Positions 58,601 through 64,000 of a stretch of DNA of 64,000 nt are shown piece by piece. Numbering within the stretch: position 1 is the first letter of the stretch; every line of letters begins with the position of its first letter. The notes beneath the pieces are model-generated. The model saw only the letters and a program-made list of their open reading frames with translations. It was not told the DNA's origin and did not search any database. Source of the DNA: Candidatus Cloacimonadales bacterium (GTDB lineage: Bacteria; Cloacimonadota; Cloacimonadia; Cloacimonadales; JAIOQZ01); the NCBI GenBank assembly GCA_963674825.1, contig OY771587.1, positions 1,952,001 through 2,016,000 on the forward strand, read 5' to 3'. The position numbers and the translations under genes are program-made.

Positions 58601-61148
58601 TTTCGTTACCTTCGGTTATCCCGAAACAGAAAACGTTACCTTCCGTAACTGGCCTATCCCGGGCGCAATGGGAACCAGCCCGATGATTGCTGGTTTCTGG
58701 GAAGATCTGGTAACAAATTCCAGCAGCAATATCTACTACTGGTATGACGACGAATCAACTTATCCGGCTTACATTATCCAGTACGATAATTGCCAGATTG
58801 CCACTGGTGGTAACGTTACATTCGAGATCATTCTCTACGATCCCGAATTTTATGAAACACCGCAAGGCGATGGCGTAATCAAGATACAGTACCAGGATTT
58901 TAATAACACTGATGGATCGAACGAAGCCAGTGGTTTCCAGGGTAACTACTGTACCATTGGTATCGAAAACCACACCGGTGCGGACGGTCTGCAATACACC
59001 TACGATGACACTTATCCGGTTGGTGCGATGGAACTCGCGGACAACACCGCGATCCTCTTCACCGGTATTCCGATTATCTTCCCGGATTCGTACCTGATGC
59101 TCGGCGATGTCGTGGTTATGGACGAAAACGGTAGCTGTATCGTTGATGCCGGCGAATCGGTCAACCTGGGTGTGTTCCTTCAGAACGTTGGTCTGACCGA
59201 GACCACAGGCGCGTTTGCAGAACTTTCCTGCTACGACCCGTATGTAACGGTTACCGCCGACACATCATCCTATCAGGCGATTGCCAGTGGTCAGTCCGCT
59301 TCCAATACGTCATACTTCACCTTCGAAACCCAGCCTTATACACCGGATAATCATGTTGCGACATTCGAAATCACCGTAGAGAACGGCGATGGCGAATGGG
59401 ATTACTTCTTCACGGTTGTGATCCGCAAGCCGAACGTGACGGTTCTTTCGTCCATGATCAACGATATCGATCAGAACAACAACGGTGTGATGGATCCTGG
59501 TGAGACAGCTCAATTGATTATCAACCTGTCGAACGATTCTATGTCGGCTGCCGAAAACGTGACAGCGACTCTTTCGACCGATAGCGAATACATCACCATT
59601 ACAAACGCCGAAGTTGATTATGGAACGATCCAGCCCGGTCACAACCGGCAACAGGCCTTCACCATTACCGTCAGTGAAGACGCTGAAACACCTGGCTCGG
59701 CTCAGTTCAACCTCTATGTCGATTACCTCAACGACGAAGGCTTCAACTACACCTTCCCGATGGGTATTGGCGACTGGGGATTCCAGGAAAGCTTCGAAAA
59801 CGATAACGGCGGCTTCTATTCCTATGCTGGCTGGCAGTACGGTATTCCGAGCATTGGCGCGCATTCCGGTGAGAAATGCTGGGCGACGCACATCGCTTCG
59901 GATTACGGCAACAACGTAAGCTGGTATCTGAATACCGAGCGTTTCTTTATCGGCGACAATACATGGCTCACCTTCTGGCAGTACTACGATACGGAACTCG
60001 GATACGACGGCGGTAACGTCAAGATCTCCGATTCCAATGGTATCGCCTGGGAAGTCATCTATCCTGAGGGTGGTTATCCTACATCTCAGATCAGCTCATC
60101 AGCATCCGGTGTTGGTGGCGAGCCCGGCTTCACCGGCGATTCCGGCGGTTGGCAGCAGGTTTCTTTCGACCTCTCGGAATACTCCGGCAGCGAGATCAAT
60201 CTCCGCTGGCATTTCGGAACGAATGGTTCCAACGTGAACTACGGTTGGGCGATCGACGACGTGGTCGTCTCGGGTGGTCAGGAACGCTCCGGCATCATCA
60301 ACGGTAACGTAGCGCTTAGCGCTCCCTACGGAGAAGTGGAAGAAGCCGAGATTACCGTAGGCAACTATACGGTATGCCCGAATGACGATGGCGATTATAC
60401 GCTCTACGTACCGGGTGGTCTTTACGACCTGACCGCTACGCTTCCGGGATTCGAAACCGGATTGTACGAAGATATCTCTATCGAAGCGGGTGAAGTGCTC
60501 GACGAATACGATTTCGAGCTCAATTACCTCTGTCCGGCTACCGAGTTTGCGGCTGATCTGGATAGCGAAACTGGCGAAGTGCATCTGTCATGGGAATACA
60601 ATCCTCCGACACTCGTGCGAGATGGCAGCAGCAAGGAATCCACGATGGATCGCGAGCTGTTTGTCCAGTTCAACATCTACAAACAGATCGAGAGTGGCTA
60701 CTTTGTGATGGCTGACAGCACCACGGATCAGGAATTCGACGACGTGATCGATATGAGCCGCGTGTATCGCTACTACGTTACCGCTCTCTACGATGTTGGC
60801 GAAAGCCTTCCTACCGAAATCGTCACCGTGAATGGCTACATGGATGGCAACTCGAGCAGCATCCCCGAATTCGTGAACAACCTCGAGAGCAACTACCCGA
60901 ACCCGTTCAATCCAGAGACGAGCATTGCGTTCTCGATCGAGAAACCGGGCAATGTCACCCTTAAGGTTTACAACGTGAAAGGTCAGTTGGTCAAAACGCT
61001 GGTTAACGACAAGCTGAACAGCGGACGCCACGTCATCACATGGCAGGGCAAGTCCGACAACGGCAAGTCGGTATCCTCGGGTATCTACTTCTACCGTCTC
61101 GAAACAGACAAATACGCCCAGACCCGCAAGGCGCTTCTCCTGAAGTAG
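55641..61148 (+). CDS. Gingipain-like C25 peptidase-family multidomain protein with CTD
   Basis: Propeptide (GMPELP), YVVLVGD, IGRIS, ITCDTG; repeated PGE/PGD Ig-like domains; NYPNPFNPET...KALLLK. Confidence 0.88.
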   Translation: MEYVMKRLTGGRSIRAYFIIAILLAFSILSAYELDLDSPNDQPLFKCTESNSSFTEFTFNLSNMEVIEETINGRNYQHLWHNSAAYTLDEGMPELPIFSTMIAVPDNGTVSFEIVNQIYRTLNGYYIYPSQGVHLDGAPHGFLINSEFYNGKGTFEPEKVLVGDPAVMRDWRVVPVNIQPVVWDARTGDLRVITEMTVRLNYSNEPGPNELDHSNHKYSRSFEATYSGILNYTLVRDEDPEYQAPSVLVIHPNIADVNTQISTYVGWKRNKGYYVVDATTDETGTTNTSIKNYIQDLYETAENPPEYVVLVGDTGGSIAIPHWTENYSYYNGEGDHPYTLLAGDDYLSDVFIGRISVSSVTDLMVYLAKMNIYERDVNLDYLDMFHESLLVGDTSPSGFSCQVTNKYVKDQILMGDPEHTFTELYAADPSPNDMDNALDSGVLFFNYRGYIGMSGWGTGNISGLSNTNKLCNATIITCDTGSFSGTSRTEVFIRAGTPTAPKGAVSAIGMSTSGTHTQFNNILDGGIYYGIESLGMRTIGEAHNYGKVQFYNAYWNVAQNYVNMFTHWFNQMGEPVLNIWVAEPLEMNVSYDDSVPLGQGFLEVNVTDAEGYPIEGAWVTARNTDESVYASGYTSNLGSIVLEIDGENAGNVTLIVTKEDHIPHLGSFTIESTGGLSYYSSAIDDSQGNNNGNIEPGETIELVVSLANYSTSSHSGVQAELICNDPYIEIDTADGDYGTIAAGGTAEVSSPYVFTISPDAPDNHRLPVLLNITDDSNNDWASRFWLTISGNDIDIESLQVIDGNNTMDPGDTVELRFTVVNNGQTDLSDVYGEIRSLNGLIGVNDSIAFFGDLNAGQSATCTTDAFEVYSMAQILPGMQIQLELTLFNSDGYEEEEIALLPIGNVTTTDPIGPDSYGYVCYDSGDTGYIDAPVYEWIEINPSDGGQGTDTNIGDTAIEYGSIGYFDLPFTFSFYGEEYDNIGICSNGFVTFGYPETENVTFRNWPIPGAMGTSPMIAGFWEDLVTNSSSNIYYWYDDESTYPAYIIQYDNCQIATGGNVTFEIILYDPEFYETPQGDGVIKIQYQDFNNTDGSNEASGFQGNYCTIGIENHTGADGLQYTYDDTYPVGAMELADNTAILFTGIPIIFPDSYLMLGDVVVMDENGSCIVDAGESVNLGVFLQNVGLTETTGAFAELSCYDPYVTVTADTSSYQAIASGQSASNTSYFTFETQPYTPDNHVATFEITVENGDGEWDYFFTVVIRKPNVTVLSSMINDIDQNNNGVMDPGETAQLIINLSNDSMSAAENVTATLSTDSEYITITNAEVDYGTIQPGHNRQQAFTITVSEDAETPGSAQFNLYVDYLNDEGFNYTFPMGIGDWGFQESFENDNGGFYSYAGWQYGIPSIGAHSGEKCWATHIASDYGNNVSWYLNTERFFIGDNTWLTFWQYYDTELGYDGGNVKISDSNGIAWEVIYPEGGYPTSQISSSASGVGGEPGFTGDSGGWQQVSFDLSEYSGSEINLRWHFGTNGSNVNYGWAIDDVVVSGGQERSGIINGNVALSAPYGEVEEAEITVGNYTVCPNDDGDYTLYVPGGLYDLTATLPGFETGLYEDISIEAGEVLDEYDFELNYLCPATEFAADLDSETGEVHLSWEYNPPTLVRDGSSKESTMDRELFVQFNIYKQIESGYFVMADSTTDQEFDDVIDMSRVYRYYVTALYDVGESLPTEIVTVNGYMDGNSSSIPEFVNNLESNYPNPFNPETSIAFSIEKPGNVTLKVYNVKGQLVKTLVNDKLNSGRHVITWQGKSDNGKSVSSGIYFYRLETDKYAQTRKALLLK

Positions 61149-61167
61149 CCCTGCGTTTCAGACATAT

Positions 61168-61200
61168 AAAAGCCGCTTCCATCCGGAGGCGGCTTTTTCT
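61168..61200 (+). terminator. Intrinsic terminator
   Basis: AAAAGCCGCTTCC-ATCC-GGAGGCGGCTTTT. Confidence 0.8.
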
Positions 61201-61300
61201 TGGTTTATTTATTGACGAATTTCTGGGAGAGAAGTGTTATTGAATTGATCGGATAGAGATGTATCTACCATAATTTATAGCGGAAAGGATATAATAAGCT

Positions 61301-61891
61301 ATGGGAAAAGAACTACTTCCAGATTTTATACTACGGAACTATGAAGTATATGAGTGGAAGCATGCTTGTGCAATATTGAAACAAGATTTTCCACGAGAGT
61401 GGATAGATATTGTTGATATTCTGACGGATTTTAGATTACGGAAAAGCTGGATAACCGTTGGTGGAGGACGAAAATCAAATATCTCTGATTTCATAGACAG
61501 TTATCTTTACGAAAGAGGATGGTCTGAAAAACAATTTAATACCAGGGTTATTGTGGATGATCACGAGACGGATTCACCAACCCATAAAGTCGATTGTTTT
61601 AAAAATCGGGTTGCGCTTGAAATCGAATGGAATAATAAAGATCCGTTTTTTGATCGCGATTTGAATAACTTCAGATTGCTCTTCGAATTGCGAGCTATAA
61701 GTGTTGGTGTGATTATAACACGATGTGATGAGCTGCAAGAAGTGTTTAAGGAAGTTGGCAGAGAAAAATCTTATGGCGCATCGACAACACACATGAGCAA
61801 GCTGATACCCCGCATAGATGGCGGTGGAGGTGGCGGATGCCCAATCGTGATTTTTGGCATCAAGAGGTCACTGTATTTGGAGGATGAATAA
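61301..61891 (+). CDS. BglII/BstYI-like restriction endonuclease
   Basis: HKVD.FKNRVALEIEWNNKDPFFDRDL (PD-(D/E)xK variant). Confidence 0.85.
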   Translation: MGKELLPDFILRNYEVYEWKHACAILKQDFPREWIDIVDILTDFRLRKSWITVGGGRKSNISDFIDSYLYERGWSEKQFNTRVIVDDHETDSPTHKVDCFKNRVALEIEWNNKDPFFDRDLNNFRLLFELRAISVGVIITRCDELQEVFKEVGREKSYGASTTHMSKLIPRIDGGGGGGCPIVIFGIKRSLYLEDE

Positions 61892-62556
61892 TGAATGCTT
61901 CTGATGACTTATTGAAATTTATCGGGGATCGCAAATATTCCACAATTCTTGCAGATCCTCCTTGGCAGTTTAAAAACAGAACGGGCAAGGTTGCTCCTGA
62001 ACATAAAAGGTTATCAAGATACCCCACAATGTCTTTGCAAGAGATAAAAGATCTTCCAGTTGAAGCGATTGTTGACGATCGAGCCCACTTGTACCTTTGG
62101 GTGCCAAATGCACTATTGATTGAAGGGTTACAGGTAATGGATAACTGGGGTTTTAAATATAAGACAAACCTCGTTTGGTATAAAGTCCGAAAAGATGGAG
62201 GCCCTGACCGAAGAGGTGTTGGATTCTATTTTCGGAATGTTACTGAAATATTGTTGTTTGGCGTTAGAGGTGGAAAAATCCGCACTCTGCAACCTGGGAG
62301 AAGCCAAGAGAACATTATTACTTCGAGGAAAAGAGAACATAGTCGTAAGCCTGATGAACAATATGATCTTATAGAATCATGCAGTTGGGGTCCATTTCTC
62401 GAACTTTTTGGCCGAGGTGGAAGAAAGGGGTGGACTACATGGGGTAACCAGGCTGAAGAATATACACCTGATTGGAACACCTATTCAAATCACTCTCAGG
62501 CTGATGCTCCTGACTGCGGACAAATTACACTGTTTGATTCTATTAAAGGTGCATGA
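61891..62556 (+). CDS. MT-A70-family adenine methyltransferase
   Basis: ADPPW, LYLWVPN, HSRKP, LELFGR. Confidence 0.92.
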   Translation: MNASDDLLKFIGDRKYSTILADPPWQFKNRTGKVAPEHKRLSRYPTMSLQEIKDLPVEAIVDDRAHLYLWVPNALLIEGLQVMDNWGFKYKTNLVWYKVRKDGGPDRRGVGFYFRNVTEILLFGVRGGKIRTLQPGRSQENIITSRKREHSRKPDEQYDLIESCSWGPFLELFGRGGRKGWTTWGNQAEEYTPDWNTYSNHSQADAPDCGQITLFDSIKGA

Positions 62557-62671
62557 CGAAAATCTGACTAATTTTCAAGCCGTAAAATCCTTGACACGAA
62601 TGCGCGGGTCGAATTTCGTATGACCAATTGATTGAATTTAATATGCTGCTCACGCGGCAAATAAGTAGAAA

Positions 62672-62703
62672 TCCTTTAACACTGTCCCGAGAGGCAGAAA
62701 GGA
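62672..62703 (+). promoter_or_regulatory. PyrR-binding RNA element
   Basis: TCCTTTAA-CACTGTCCCGAGAGGCAG-AAAGGA matches the CUUUAA...UCCNGNGAGG PyrR loop; upstream of pyrB. Confidence 0.8.
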
Positions 62704-62709
62704 GGAACC

Positions 62710-62733
62710 ATGAACCTGAAAACACTTCGCTGA
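62710..62733 (+). other. Putative leader uORF MNLKTLR
   Basis: AGGAGG-AACC-ATG...TGA inside the pyrB leader. Confidence 0.5.
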
Positions 62734-62785
62734 CCTCCGTCATCCGAATCACCATCCCTATTTTCCCAACACACATGGAGGTACA

Positions 62786-63724
62786 ATGCAAAGCGAATAT
62801 AACTTAGTCGGACGCAATCTGTTCGACCTCGATGACTACAGCCCGGAAGAAATTCTGACCATTCTCGAGGCTGCCAAGGTCATGAAATCGATCAACCTTC
62901 GAGCCTATAAAAAACTCCCGACCCTGCGCGGTAAGACCGTCTGTACGTTATTCTTCGAAAACAGCACCCGCACCAGGATGTCGTTTGAACTGGCCGCGAG
63001 CCGCCTCAGCGCGGATGTGGTGAGTTTCTCCGCCGAAACATCTTCCCTTTCCAAAGGCGAAAGCCTTCAGGACACCGTCTATACCCTCAACGCGATGGGT
63101 ATCGACCTCTATATCATCCGCCACACCTGCCCCGGTTCACCGCAGCTTGTTCACAAACATTCAGGTAAGCCGGTTCTCAACGGCGGTGACGGACGCCACG
63201 CGCATCCCACGCAAGCACTGCTGGATATCTTCTCAATCTGGGAACGCCTCGGTGACCTCAAGGGACTCAAGATCGCGATCGTTGGCGACATCGCTCATTC
63301 GAGAGTTGTTCGTTCCAATCTGATCGGCATGAAGAAGCTTGGCGCTGAAGTAATCGTCTGTGGACCACGCACCTTGATGCCGGGCCACCTTCAGGAGATC
63401 TACGGCTGCAAGGTCGAATACGACCTCAAGACCGCGCTCAAGGATGCAGATGTAGTGATGGGCCTGCGTATGCAGTTTGAACGCCAGGCAGACGGCCTTT
63501 TCCCGAGCCTCGACGAATACACACGCCACTATGTCCTCTCCAAACAGACCATCCGGTGGGCGAAGAAAGACGCCCTGATCATGCACCCCGGCCCGATGAA
63601 CCGCGGAATCGAGATTCTGCCGGAAATCGCGGACAGTCAGCAGAGCCTGATCATCGAGCAGGTCGCGAACGGCGTCGCAGTACGCATGGCGATTCTGTTC
63701 CTGATGCTCGGCGGCGAAATGTAA
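62786..63724 (+). CDS. pyrB: Aspartate carbamoyltransferase catalytic subunit
   Basis: [33 protein letters not shown]. Confidence 0.98.
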   Translation: MQSEYNLVGRNLFDLDDYSPEEILTILEAAKVMKSINLRAYKKLPTLRGKTVCTLFFENSTRTRMSFELAASRLSADVVSFSAETSSLSKGESLQDTVYTLNAMGIDLYIIRHTCPGSPQLVHKHSGKPVLNGGDGRHAHPTQALLDIFSIWERLGDLKGLKIAIVGDIAHSRVVRSNLIGMKKLGAEVIVCGPRTLMPGHLQEIYGCKVEYDLKTALKDADVVMGLRMQFERQADGLFPSLDEYTRHYVLSKQTIRWAKKDALIMHPGPMNRGIEILPEIADSQQSLIIEQVANGVAVRMAILFLMLGGEM

Positions 63725-63734
63725 GGAGGAAATC

Positions 63735-64000
63735 ATGACTACCCTGATCAAGAACGGAACCATTTATTATAAAGATACTTTCCGCACGCTCGACATCCTG
63801 ATCGAGGACACCACCATTGTCAAAGTCGGCGAGAAACTCGAAGCGGATGCAGAGCGTGTTATCGACGCAGACGGCAAACACGTTTTTCCGGGATTTTTCG
63901 ACTTACACAGTCACCTTCGCGATCCTGGCCAGACCCACAAGGAAGATATCGTCAGCGGAACCAGAGCGGCAGCGAAGGGTGGATTCACCACCGTTTGTGC
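63735..64000 (+). CDS. pyrC: Dihydroorotase, N-terminal part (runs off window)
   Basis: [10 protein letters not shown]...[33 protein letters not shown]. Confidence 0.92.
   Translation, partial: MTTLIKNGTIYYKDTFRTLDILIEDTTIVKVGEKLEADAERVIDADGKHVFPGFFDLHSHLRDPGQTHKEDIVSGTRAAAKGGFTTVC

Overview
Bacterial chromosome window. The lineage is probably Candidatus Cloacimonadota or a related FCB-group bacterium, inferred only from sprA, six proteins with PNPF/FlgD-type C-terminal domains, a C25 peptidase and an atypical tRNA-Sec. The left backbone holds an MMPL/TetR pair, a TPR-HisKA protein, a sigma54-driven flagellar operon (flgI-flgJ/SLT-flgN-flgK-csrA-flgL-fliW), ruvB, coaX, sprA, and divergent selC/selB. 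A ~29 kb genomic island sits in tRNA-Arg(ACG), bounded by a ~60 bp direct repeat (21790-21850 and 50654-50716). It carries relics of a type I-E CRISPR locus (cas6e tail plus one repeat), a DtxR-Feo iron operon extended by a porin and a secreted protein, integrase and IS3 remnants, GmrSD, two secreted beta-helix proteins, a Shango-like triad, a decayed AAA/VWA pair, and a complete compact type II-C CRISPR-Cas9 locus (tracrRNA, cas9, cas1, extended cas2, 31 repeats). The right backbone holds rlmH, ptb, a sigma70 factor, a MerR/HspR-like regulator, a LysM-M23 protein, acyP, smpB, the C25 peptidase, a BglII-like/MT-A70 R-M pair and pyrB-pyrC. The best candidates for undescribed biology are non-coding: three tandem hairpins with different stems but a shared loop in the flagellar leader, and a PyrR site plus 7-codon uORF plus anti-SD switch before pyrB. 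All calls come from manual reading; no searches or folding programs were run.
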